Source: a virus
Taxonomy: Duplodnaviria > Caudoviricetes
Strand: one strand, 5' to 3'
Length of the DNA: 64,000 bases
Virus record (IMG/VR): IMGVR_UViG_3300010163_000006
Span: 32,001-96,000 of that record
Each line of letters starts with the position of its first letter. The first letter of the stretch is position 1. The position numbers were made by a program, and so were the translations under genes. Below the pieces are notes generated by a model. That model was not told the DNA's origin. It saw only the letters and a program-made list of their open reading frames with translations, and ran no database searches. This document shows positions 51,618 through 61,128 of this stretch, in pieces.

Positions 51618-52709
51618 ATGAAAACAGAAGTTTTTGAAAAGATCATGGAGGGCCTTGACACAGAAATTCATGATCAAATTGCATCACAGGATCGCTACAG
51701 AATACAACTCTTGAACGAGTACAACACAGCCGAACGTGGAACCAGAGAGGCCATTGGTAAACTCAATGCTCTCATAGATCAGGAGAATGTACTTAATACC
51801 TTGATTCTTATGCATAAGCATTGGCTCGAAATTCTCAAAGAATTTAACGACCAGTACTTTAAGGCAATGGGAAAGTCGACTGAGGTAGAATACTCTACAG
51901 GTACAATGACTGGCGAATTACGAATGATCATCAACTATGAATGTGTCCGTCTGGTTCCATTAGGAGTTGCAACTAAGTTCAACAAACCGATTGGATTCAA
52001 ATTAGGATTGGAAATTGATGATGAGCCAAAAGATAAGTTTAAAACATATGTTGCATCTAACATTGACTCAGAATCCCGCGCACATATCTTAGATGATATT
52101 ATCAGCAATATAAAGAAGAAAATAAAACCTATTGATTACGTAATAAGACAACAGTACTTTGCCGATGTAGACAGGGTACCCATTAAGGGTATCAAAGGAG
52201 TAAATGATGGGCATTATTCCATATCTGATCAAGGCGTCGTACGAAACGAGTATATCGACGCTAATGTCATGACATACATTGATACCAAAAAGAAAACTGT
52301 GCTGGTCACCGAAAATGGATCTACAATTGTCAGAAATGTGGATACCCTTGTTGTACGTGCATTCCTGGAGATTCCTCCATGGCTTCCTACCAACAGGCTT
52401 AATATCGTCCATATAAACGGCGATGAAGACAACTGCAAACTCAAGAATCTAAAAGTCTTGATTACCGGGTCACCAGCTCCAGGCAGAAGAAGTTGTTTGA
52501 CATTAGATCAGTATACGGACGTTTGTAATGTTATCAGAGAAACGATGGAAAAATGGAAGATCTATGATACTGTAGCAATGTTTGATTATACAATCAATGA
52601 CATTGTTATGCCGGATATCATCGGTACCTGTAAACGCAAGTTAGGTATAAAGGTATATACCAGATACATTTGCAAGATTTTACGCGAAGCCGGCAAACAA
52701 TTGCTTTAG
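51618..52709 (+). CDS. Protein with N-terminal coiled coil and degenerate NUMOD4-HNH module
   Basis: YSISDQGVVRN, VDTLVVRAF, IVHINGDEDNCKLKNL. Confidence 0.55.
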   Translation: MKTEVFEKIMEGLDTEIHDQIASQDRYRIQLLNEYNTAERGTREAIGKLNALIDQENVLNTLILMHKHWLEILKEFNDQYFKAMGKSTEVEYSTGTMTGELRMIINYECVRLVPLGVATKFNKPIGFKLGLEIDDEPKDKFKTYVASNIDSESRAHILDDIISNIKKKIKPIDYVIRQQYFADVDRVPIKGIKGVNDGHYSISDQGVVRNEYIDANVMTYIDTKKKTVLVTENGSTIVRNVDTLVVRAFLEIPPWLPTNRLNIVHINGDEDNCKLKNLKVLITGSPAPGRRSCLTLDQYTDVCNVIRETMEKWKIYDTVAMFDYTINDIVMPDIIGTCKRKLGIKVYTRYICKILREAGKQLL

Positions 52710-53128
52710 AATTTAATCATGGGGGTATATACCCCCATGATTTTTTTTCTTCTTTTGTAAGAATATTATTTATTTGGAAATTCATATCAACATTCTAACA
52801 AACTTTATTTAGGAGGATATTTATAATGAGAGAGTCATTACGAAAATTATGTAATCAGGAGGTGGCGATTGCTGCTGATATTGTTGATAAGGATGTGATA
52901 TAATGAATAAGAGGATTAAGAAGAAACCGCAGAAAAATATTCTCAATGAAATGCAACGAATGATACATGATACATGATACATGTACGGAACACGTGTTCA
53001 AGTTTGTCGATCCGGATATACCGCCGAATAGAACAGAACAACTACCTCCTTTTGAAATGGAAGAATTTCCTAAGGGAATGAAGGCATATGTATTCAAGAA
53101 ATAATGTAGAAAGGGGGATGAGGAATCT

Positions 53129-54187
53129 TTGTTAGCTTTCATAGGAGATCTGCATATTGGGACAAAGCTTCCTCAGGCAGATTATTTAAAATCTCTTGAC
53201 AAGTTCCTTGGTTTGATCAAAGAACATAAGGAAGAATGTCATTGTATCTTCGTGTGTGGTGATTTATTCGATCACAAGTTAACAATCGATGAAGCCAAGT
53301 TTGCTTCAATTTTCCTACTTAATCTCGTTTGTAATAACTGTGGTCGGAACGGTCACCAACATGTTCCAGTACATTTCATTCATGGGACATATGGTCATGA
53401 CCATGACCAGTACGAAATATTCTTACCAATGCTTGATAGAATTCCTAATGTCAATATATTCTATACAAAGACCGCGTGCATCAGTGTATTACGTAACGGA
53501 TTGCGTGTTTTATATTTACCCCAGGAATATGGAGATGTCGATTATTCTAAAGCATTTGATAAGAAATATGACATCATTGTTGGTCATGGACCATTGTCAT
53601 CAGAAACTAAACATCCGTGCAAATCAACACAGTATGAGATACTTCATTCTGCTGAACAACTCGGTGATATATCGAAACTTTGTGTTTTCGGACATTATCA
53701 TGGATATACTGATTTTGGTAATAATGTTTATTATACTGGACCATGGTTACGATGGAAATACGGTGAGGATGAACCAAGAGTCTTCTTCTTCTGTAACGAC
53801 AATTTCGAAGTGGAAACAGTTCCAAACGAATTTGCATTAGAATATGAAACTTTTGAAATACACTCTCCAGAAGAACTTCGTAGAGAGGTATCAAAGGAGA
53901 TTAACAATCCTCACAGATTTATCATTCATTGTAAGAACGATGAACTCACCGAGTATCATGCTATAATGAATGTGTTCAAGAAGAATCAATTCTTGAAATA
54001 TCAAATCATATCAGAGACCATCAGCAAAGATGATTCCATCAAGAAGTTTGATAGTAATCAAATAACCAATCCAATTGTTGAACCGGTTCCTGCATTGATA
54101 GAATATGTCAAGGATAAATATGACATTGATGTGTCTACTGAGATAAAGGAATACGAGACAAAAATCAACCGTGATAGAAAGGAATAA
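53129..54187 (+). CDS. sbcD: SbcD/Mre11 (gp47)-like nuclease
   Basis: IGDLH, CGDLFD, HGTYGHD, VGHG, FGHYH, YTGPW....GED motifs. Confidence 0.85.
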   Translation: MLAFIGDLHIGTKLPQADYLKSLDKFLGLIKEHKEECHCIFVCGDLFDHKLTIDEAKFASIFLLNLVCNNCGRNGHQHVPVHFIHGTYGHDHDQYEIFLPMLDRIPNVNIFYTKTACISVLRNGLRVLYLPQEYGDVDYSKAFDKKYDIIVGHGPLSSETKHPCKSTQYEILHSAEQLGDISKLCVFGHYHGYTDFGNNVYYTGPWLRWKYGEDEPRVFFFCNDNFEVETVPNEFALEYETFEIHSPEELRREVSKEINNPHRFIIHCKNDELTEYHAIMNVFKKNQFLKYQIISETISKDDSIKKFDSNQITNPIVEPVPALIEYVKDKYDIDVSTEIKEYETKINRDRKE

Positions 54188-54189
54188 AA

Positions 54190-54522
54190 ATGTACACTCA
54201 AAAATCCTGTACAATAGTCGATACTGAAGAAAAAACCACCAATATTTGGGATGCTTATGGGAGACCAAAATGGCTTGAAACACGTTATGTTTACAAGGCT
54301 GATGGCGATCCTATGTTAATCGGGAAAGATATGAATTTTCCTTTTATTATTAAAAAGGCATTCGTCTTTTTCGAGCAGGATATAAACCCAAAAGAAATCA
54401 GAAGGGACGAGCAAAGCGTTAGGATTTGGGTTGATACGCGTGAGATGAACATGTTGTATACAAATCCCAGAGAATTTATCAACGCACTCTTCCCGGACAT
54501 GAACAAACCATGTTGGTCTTAA
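54190..54522 (+). CDS. Hypothetical protein
   Basis: 110-aa ORF directly after sbcD. Confidence 0.6.
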   Translation: MYTQKSCTIVDTEEKTTNIWDAYGRPKWLETRYVYKADGDPMLIGKDMNFPFIIKKAFVFFEQDINPKEIRRDEQSVRIWVDTREMNMLYTNPREFINALFPDMNKPCWS

Positions 54523-54568
54523 TATAGACTAACAATATTTATGCAATATGCAGAAAGGAATAAAAATA

Positions 54569-55366
54569 ATGAACAATTTAACTGAGAACAAATCCGATAT
54601 TTCTGTGGAATATGACATTGATAAAAATGTCATTTCTGATGAAGATCCCGAGGCTGTTAACAACCTTCTGAAATATACGAACTTCGAACTCAACGACAAC
54701 CTTAAGAAATTCATCACGGTTGTTGATGGCCTTAAGGGTAGCACAGACAATCTTGAACAAATGATCAAACACATCAAGTCATCTATATACAATGTGGATA
54801 TTGATGATAACAACGGATTGTCTATACACCTCAAAAACTGTAGGTTGTATCCTGTTCCTGAAGATAGGGAACAACTTAACACAGTTCGTGAATTCAAATG
54901 TGTTGTTAATAATCCGTCTCTGAAATCAGCGACAGAAAACAATACGATCTTGATCACACCTGACCTTTTCGAACTGGATTGTATAAAAATCACCAACGCG
55001 CATTACAGCCACGCCGATGCAACAGACCTCTTCAGATTTATTCTTTTGAATAAATATACTGATAATGTGGTATCATATAAATTCAATGTATCGGCTTTCA
55101 AGAAATTACCAAAGTTAGACGGGTACAATACGTTTCTCTGTTTGCAGTATATATTCGGCAACATTAAAATTGCACAGTTGCGTGGTATATCAGAAGATAA
55201 TATCATGTTGGAAATTAATAATTCTTACTACGATTACAATCCAAGACAATTCCTTTCCGGACAGATATTTCCTTTCGCTGAGGTTAAGGATGTTAGTCGG
55301 ACAGAAGATGGATTGATTGTACCCAAGGTGACTCGCATCATCCCGTTGGCAGAAGCTGAGATATAA
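54569..55366 (+). CDS. Hypothetical protein
   Basis: About 265-aa ORF upstream of recA. Confidence 0.65.
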   Translation: MNNLTENKSDISVEYDIDKNVISDEDPEAVNNLLKYTNFELNDNLKKFITVVDGLKGSTDNLEQMIKHIKSSIYNVDIDDNNGLSIHLKNCRLYPVPEDREQLNTVREFKCVVNNPSLKSATENNTILITPDLFELDCIKITNAHYSHADATDLFRFILLNKYTDNVVSYKFNVSAFKKLPKLDGYNTFLCLQYIFGNIKIAQLRGISEDNIMLEINNSYYDYNPRQFLSGQIFPFAEVKDVSRTEDGLIVPKVTRIIPLAEAEI

Positions 55367-55418
55367 ACGACGATCAAGGTACATCATTATACTAAAAATA
55401 GGAAAGGATTATGTTTAA

Positions 55419-56759
55419 ATGGCTACTAAAAAACAAAGTGTACTTGAAGCTGAACTTGCTAACGCTGACCTGATGTCCATCCTTTCGAGCGGTAGTTCTT
55501 CCAAAGTTTTTGAGAAGAACGAATTGGTCGATTACTGTTATCCAACGGGTATATCAGTAATCGACTATGCCCTTGGTTACAAGGTCAATGTCAGAGACGA
55601 ATCAGGTACCATCATCAAACAGAGAATATGTCTTGGTCTTCAAGCAGGTTCTTTCAACGTTCTCACCGGAGCAACTCAGTCGTTTAAGACAACACTTGGA
55701 ATGCAGATGTGTGCAAACATTGCTTATTCTCATGCGGGTAACGTGGTTCATATCGATGCCGAGAACAGACTGTCGTTACAGAGAGCGAAGACTTTAACTA
55801 AACTCCCCGAGGATTGGTTTGATGGGGATCATCCTCGTTATGCTATCAAGTATGGTGCTATTGGTTATGACACTCTTCAGGCATATGTTACTGAGATCTA
55901 TGAACGTAAGATGAGTCACAAGACATTACTGCTGAAAGATACTGGAGAAGTTGATGATCATAACAGACCCATATGGCTTATGCCTCCAACGGTAATGTTT
56001 CTTGACTCTATCTCTGATGTTATATCCAAGGAATACGACATGAGAGATAAAAAGGAATGGGATAAACAAAAAGAGATGCGTTCAAATACAGATGGTATGC
56101 AGAATGCAAAAACTCTTAAAGGTGTTATCTCTGACATACTGCCCATGATGAAAGAGGCTAACATTATATTTATTACAATCGCTCATGAGAATGCAAATGT
56201 TGCAATGACTGCATTTGCAGGACCGAAGAAACAATTCCAGTATGGTAACAAAGATATCAAGATCTCCGGTGGTAAAGCTATCGAATACAATGCTTCCGCA
56301 CTTATGACGTTTACTGGTGAGATTAAAGAAGATTCTCGCTATCATATCAATACTGATGGTTTCGAAGGAAACACTGTTCTGTTCGAACCAACAAAGGTAT
56401 CAACAAATGAATCAGGCAATGCTAAGACAGGTCTTGGATTCAGAATCATCGTTGATAAACGTAGAAACGGTGCGGACAATGTTAGAACCCTTGTTAAGTT
56501 CCTTGAAGACCGTGGTCGTATCAAGGGTGACAGGAGAGGTTACAAGGTGCTGTCTTCTACTGGTGAAGAGATAACAGATAAGTTCTCATGGAAGAACATA
56601 TACGAAGATTTCCAGAAAGACCCGGTAGCATACAAAACATTCATTCTGACCGCCAAGGAAGAACTCGAAACATTGTTAGCCGATGCTCCTGATGTAGCAG
56701 GTCAGATCGATCCTTTCAATATTGATAAGATTTTATCGGGAATGGATTTAACGGCATGA
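55419..56759 (+). CDS. recA: RecA/UvsX-like recombinase
   Basis: PTGISVIDYALG, Walker A GATQSFKTT, IDAE, FLDSI, SGGKAIEYNAS. Confidence 0.88.
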   Translation: MATKKQSVLEAELANADLMSILSSGSSSKVFEKNELVDYCYPTGISVIDYALGYKVNVRDESGTIIKQRICLGLQAGSFNVLTGATQSFKTTLGMQMCANIAYSHAGNVVHIDAENRLSLQRAKTLTKLPEDWFDGDHPRYAIKYGAIGYDTLQAYVTEIYERKMSHKTLLLKDTGEVDDHNRPIWLMPPTVMFLDSISDVISKEYDMRDKKEWDKQKEMRSNTDGMQNAKTLKGVISDILPMMKEANIIFITIAHENANVAMTAFAGPKKQFQYGNKDIKISGGKAIEYNASALMTFTGEIKEDSRYHINTDGFEGNTVLFEPTKVSTNESGNAKTGLGFRIIVDKRRNGADNVRTLVKFLEDRGRIKGDRRGYKVLSSTGEEITDKFSWKNIYEDFQKDPVAYKTFILTAKEELETLLADAPDVAGQIDPFNIDKILSGMDLTA

Positions 56760-56801
56760 GTCGAAAGAAAAAATAAAAATAAGACAAAAGAAAGTTAAAA
56801 A

Positions 56802-56822
56802 CCGGGGGCATAATGCCCCCGG
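56802..56822. terminator. Bidirectional terminator
   Basis: CCGGGGGCAT-A-ATGCCCCCGG between convergent genes. Confidence 0.7.
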
Positions 56823-56834
56823 ATAAATAACCTT

Positions 56835-57311
56835 TTATATATCGTCCAGAGAGACCTCATTCCGGAAGTCTTTCGGGAAGACATAATAATTGTAACCCGC
56901 ACCACCGCCATTAGATCGAGCGTATTTTGAAAATAACGCTTTCTCCTTCAGTTCAGGAAACTCTGTGCCACGAGATGGCTCAAAGCAGCCTCCCCATGTA
57001 GTGCGAATTAATATATGTGAACCGTCTTCTTTGGGTCGGAAGCACGGGGTTCCCTTTTTTGACACCCAGAATTCTCCTGGCATCCATTCAACTTTCTTTG
57101 CGTCGAAAGTAGCATTAATGTCGATCCCGTGGTATGTTACATCTAACCAATGCTGATCGATATTGTTTTCTGTTAACAGAAAACACATTGCTGGTTGGTA
57201 CTTTTCATACCGGCGTATTAATGTCTCTCCATTTCCAAGCTTGATAGATTTGTTGACCTCGAAATATTCCGGCCATGTAATCTTAGCGATTTCAATCATA
57301 TTATTACTCAT
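56835..57311 (-). CDS. Hypothetical protein
   Basis: AAGGAG RBS before MSNNM. Confidence 0.65.
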   Translation of the reverse strand: MSNNMIEIAKITWPEYFEVNKSIKLGNGETLIRRYEKYQPAMCFLLTENNIDQHWLDVTYHGIDINATFDAKKVEWMPGEFWVSKKGTPCFRPKEDGSHILIRTTWGGCFEPSRGTEFPELKEKALFSKYARSNGGGAGYNYYVFPKDFRNEVSLDDI

Positions 57312-58278
57312 AAATATACTCCTTTTTGTCATTATCAAATACAAGTTCTCTGTCACGTGTGTCGCAATTCTTTAAATCACGAGCAACACCCTTCCAGTAA
57401 CCCTGGATGAATATCTTCTTACCGTTCGAATAATGTCTCCAATGTCCAGTCACGTACCATAAAGGTTTAGTCTTTGTGCTCTTGGGTTTTGCATTGATGA
57501 CTATGTCTTCTTTGTCCATCTTGTTTGTGTTAATGTATATCCGGCGGATATATTTCTTTGGTGGTTGTTTTCCACCCTTGTGTTTCTTTGAAGGTGCTGA
57601 CAGTATTGGCTCTCGTCCAGTACTGATGCATTTCTTTATCACCGGATTTTGCAAGAGAACATTAACGGCATACCAGAATGCAGTAAAGATATATCTCACA
57701 TCATCGATTACTCTAAAGATTCTACCAACATCTATAGACAACATATCAAACCTGTAAGAATACCATATATCTGTCACTGCCTTGGGTCCTTTGAAACCCA
57801 AATCCGGTTTGACAACGATCATGTTTGTACCTGCCTCTACGTAGATTACACAGAAGACTTCAAGTTTTTGTGACATATTAATTAATGTCACATAGACAGA
57901 AACAATGCCAATCGCACCCATTTGTTTTTTACCATCGATTACTTGCTGTAATTCCATGTGACGATATTCATCATCAAACAATGTCACACGACCAGCAATA
58001 TTGTGGAATTTAAATTCCACACTTTTAAGTGGAATATTATCCGCAAACACAATGTCGATCGGGATTTTAAAGTCAGAATCATCTTCTTCTTTTTGTCCGG
58101 TAATGTTCCTGACAATTGATATCAATCGCTCATCAAGATTATCAGAAACTTCCAATTTGTCTGTTGGTTTCGAAATGAGATGGTCACAGAAATCATTAGC
58201 AACTTCTTTGTTCATTATATAAACATATTGCGTTGGCACCTGTGCAATACTTTCTAAAAGTAGTTCATTAAGCTCCAT
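57304..58278 (-). CDS. Hypothetical protein with basic C-terminal GHWR motif (possibly nucleic-acid binding)
   Basis: WYVTGHWRHYSNGKKIFIQGYWKG. Confidence 0.65.
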   Translation of the reverse strand: MELNELLLESIAQVPTQYVYIMNKEVANDFCDHLISKPTDKLEVSDNLDERLISIVRNITGQKEEDDSDFKIPIDIVFADNIPLKSVEFKFHNIAGRVTLFDDEYRHMELQQVIDGKKQMGAIGIVSVYVTLINMSQKLEVFCVIYVEAGTNMIVVKPDLGFKGPKAVTDIWYSYRFDMLSIDVGRIFRVIDDVRYIFTAFWYAVNVLLQNPVIKKCISTGREPILSAPSKKHKGGKQPPKKYIRRIYINTNKMDKEDIVINAKPKSTKTKPLWYVTGHWRHYSNGKKIFIQGYWKGVARDLKNCDTRDRELVFDNDKKEYIYE

Positions 58279-58301
58279 CGTTTAACAACCCCCCCCCTTC
58301 A

Positions 58302-59003
58302 TTAGTCAATGTTAAACAGCTCCATCATCTTCTCAGAGCATGTGTTCAATAGGAACCTTGACATTCCCGGTTTCTCATAACCTTGAACATAATTACAGTT
58401 GTTATACTTCCACAACCTGATGTGCTTGATTATGTCTGTCAGGTCAACGGGATGGCAATCTTCTCTGCATATACAGATATTATCATCCGGATACGCGTGA
58501 TAATACGCTATGGAGTCAACATCTGTGTTGTCCCGGTGCATATGCCCGTGGACGTTTGTATGACATCCAGTGTCTTCCGTAAAATGGAGTGGAACCGATA
58601 TATGACTGAAGAAGATATCCTTGTATCGGATACCATACACGACTTCGTCAAACCCGAGATTCTTATACGAATGGTCAGAGAAGGTATCGTTGTTCCCTCT
58701 GATCATGAACTTGTACTTTCCTGTCAACTGCCGTTCTGCTCGACATCCCAAAAGTTCATATATTGGCATGAATTCGGGTAAATCATCATCAACGAGATCG
58801 CCAAGGAAGATGAATACGTCGTTCTCCCCACATGCCTTGTTTTGCATGCGGATGATGTCTTCCCAATCCTGTTTAAGATAGAACGTACCGGCACTTTTGT
58901 CGTACCTGATTAAATGCCAATCGGTACCTAAGATTACCTTGTTACCGTTCTCGATTGTTGACGTAATGATTTCTGTTATTTCCTGATCCGTATATTTTTT
59001 CAT
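58302..59003 (-). CDS. Calcineurin-like metallophosphoesterase (paralog of 50816..51526)
   Basis: GTDWH, LGDLVD, RGNND, FSH, VHGHMH. Confidence 0.85.
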   Translation of the reverse strand: MKKYTDQEITEIITSTIENGNKVILGTDWHLIRYDKSAGTFYLKQDWEDIIRMQNKACGENDVFIFLGDLVDDDLPEFMPIYELLGCRAERQLTGKYKFMIRGNNDTFSDHSYKNLGFDEVVYGIRYKDIFFSHISVPLHFTEDTGCHTNVHGHMHRDNTDVDSIAYYHAYPDDNICICREDCHPVDLTDIIKHIRLWKYNNCNYVQGYEKPGMSRFLLNTCSEKMMELFNID

Positions 59004-59067
59004 AAAATATTCCTCCTATATTTCGGGAGGGTTTATCCCTCCCGAAATATGTTTTATTATTGTACCT

Positions 59068-59792
59068 TCATTCCAACTGGAGTGAATCTGCGTCTTCCTG
59101 TCTCTGCCTCAACCGTTTCATCGCAAACGCTTCCTGCCTGAGACATTTAATTGTCTTTACGTTTGTGAAATTGTCTGCTGTAACTGCTGCTAATGCAGAC
59201 TTTGTTTCCGCCACTTCAGTTGACCATCCGAAGATCTTGTCAGTTAACATACCCAATGTGAAGCATACAATGACACATATGAACGATATCACTGCCATCC
59301 GCCAATCATACATCGCTTCCTTAACAATCAGAGTACCAAACGGTACAATGAATGGAATCATGTTGATAAATGACATTACGATCATTCCCTTCATTGTTGA
59401 CAGAGATGTTACGGTTCCAAAGATTTTGCCTGATGAAACCCTCTGAATATCTGGCATCTTTGAACGGAGGGTTTTCTCAAGATTGTGATTATACTCGCGA
59501 TCACAACTCTTTGTTCTGTAGGCCTTCTCTGCTGTACGTCCAATAAGTCTCGAAATCAACCACCATACATACAGCATCATTATCGCCCAAAAGATAGTCA
59601 TGCTGAACTGTTTAATCAGCGATGGCTCCTTGAGGTTTATTTTGGATATAAATGCACCTTCCAAAATACACGCGATGATTTTGCCATGAGCAATACCCAA
59701 TCAGGTATTCTCATCAGCCATTTCGACGTTGCGGTTCTTACTTTTTCCGCTGTACGCAACATCTTTGAAATTCTGGTCCTTAACTTTTTCAT
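59068..59792 (-). pseudogene. Frameshifted, truncated ABC exporter transmembrane domain
   Basis: Two overlapping frames joined near 59680; SSGKIFG, YDWRMAVISF, DNFTNVKTIK motifs of the ABC_membrane domain; no ATPase domain. Confidence 0.6.
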
Positions 59793-59853
59793 GGACCACC
59801 ACATTCCTTTCTGGACAAGGTGATTTGAAATTATTCTTTTCATTTGTCCAATT

Positions 59854-59865
59854 AAATAATATATG
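59854..59865 (-). promoter_or_regulatory. Putative phage promoter motif CATATATTATTT followed by hairpin TGGACAA/TTGTCCA
   Basis: Identical 12-mer at 51555-51566; hairpin 59812-59850. Confidence 0.55.
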
Positions 59866-59954
59866 TATAGAATGTTAAAATAATAGAAGCTGTAGCATAC
59901 AAAAAATATTAATTAAACAAAAAAAAGAGGACGCTATGCGTCCTCATAATTTCT

Positions 59955-60662
59955 TTAATGGGTTTTCTGTTGTTGTTTCTTTTTCGCACGTTTCTTCTGT
60001 TTTCGCGACCTGGTTTTCTTCCGTCGTTTCTTCTTCGGAGGATTCTTCTGTTGTCCCATACCGTCGTGTTCTACTGCCGTTTCATCTGTTTTGAGATTTT
60101 CTCCATTTGTCTCGGGTTGATCTGCTTCTGTGTTTTCTCCCTCTATTTTATTGATTTCTCTAACGAGGTTATCTTGCGTTTTATAGATAAGAGACATTGC
60201 GTCGTTTTCAATACAATTAAATTGTTTCGTAAGCTCTACTGTAAAACGAGATATCTCAGTATCGGTTAACGGTCGATTGTTCAGTTTAAAAGAACCCAGG
60301 ATGACGGCCTGAATATGTGCCTTCATATCAACCGTGTTAAAATCAGGAGGACTGGGGTCCTCGTTTGACGAATCGTCGGATGACACATCATCATCCTCTG
60401 CATCAGGTGTGTCTGTTGTTGCAGGAGGAGTTGTGATGTTCTCGTTGTTGTTAGCAGCCTTTGCAGCTCTCTTTGCAGCAATTGCTGCAAATCCATGCTT
60501 AGCAGACTTACAAGCTGTTGTTGCCATTGCTGTTGCAGCAATACCAGTGATAGCACTACCAATTCCAACAGCGGCAACGGGGTTCTTCTTGGCTACCTTT
60601 GACGCTTTCTTAACGATTCTCTTAGAGGACTTGTTAATCTTCTTAACAAATGTCTTTTTCAT
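59955..60662 (-). CDS. Hypothetical protein: N-terminal hydrophobic helix, acidic linker, highly basic C-terminus
   Basis: AAGGAG RBS before MKKTFV; KKKRRKKTRSRKQKKRAKKK tail. Confidence 0.65.
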   Translation of the reverse strand: MKKTFVKKINKSSKRIVKKASKVAKKNPVAAVGIGSAITGIAATAMATTACKSAKHGFAAIAAKRAAKAANNNENITTPPATTDTPDAEDDDVSSDDSSNEDPSPPDFNTVDMKAHIQAVILGSFKLNNRPLTDTEISRFTVELTKQFNCIENDAMSLIYKTQDNLVREINKIEGENTEADQPETNGENLKTDETAVEHDGMGQQKNPPKKKRRKKTRSRKQKKRAKKKQQQKTH

Positions 60663-60834
60663 AAGTATTCTCCTTCTCCCTCTATATGTATGAGGGTATA
60701 AAATTATTTGAATAATTTGAAACACTATATTTCTTTTTATTCAATATAATAATATATATTTAGAGGATTGAAATAATAGGTGGTAGCATAGAAAATATAC
60801 TGTATAATGGGGAGGGATATCCCTCCCCATTAAA

Positions 60835-61074
60835 TTAGTCTTTCTCAAAAGCCAATGCATCATATTCATTGGCTACATCTACTACGGCATTACTCATTAT
60901 TTTATCATGGGATTCAATAATCCCGTTTATAATTGTTTGTGACTCCGGAGATGATTCCAATAATCTCTTTTTAACACGATCAAGATTACCAGCTTCTTGA
61001 TCGTATATTGTTACAAATAATACAGCAAGATTGTTTATTTCTTCATTTGTTAATTCTGTATTCATACACTTCAC
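60835..61074 (-). CDS. Hypothetical small protein
   Basis: 79-aa ORF with GAGG RBS, hairpin 60806-60831 after the stop. Confidence 0.55.
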   Translation of the reverse strand: MKCMNTELTNEEINNLAVLFVTIYDQEAGNLDRVKKRLLESSPESQTIINGIIESHDKIMSNAVVDVANEYDALAFEKD

Positions 61075-61092
61075 CTCTTTTACTTTACAAAA

Positions 61093-61122
61093 AATAATCC
61101 CCCAAATATTTGGGGGATTATT
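61093..61122 (-). terminator. Terminator closing array 1
   Basis: Perfect 30-nt palindrome AATAATCCCCCAAATATTTGGGGGATTATT with an A-tract on its left (U-tract on the minus strand). Confidence 0.75.
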
Positions 61123-61128
61123 GTCTCT

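Noticed and set aside
53289-53840. Long alternative-frame or antisense ORFs overlapping recognised genes (e.g. 53289-53840, 34016-34570, 49042-49557)
   Set aside because: Fully nested in well-supported CDSs, with no RBS or motifs; shadow ORFs.
23-54187. sbcC and sbcD lying about 50 kb apart
   Set aside because: Scattered functional partners are ordinary in jumbo phage genomes.
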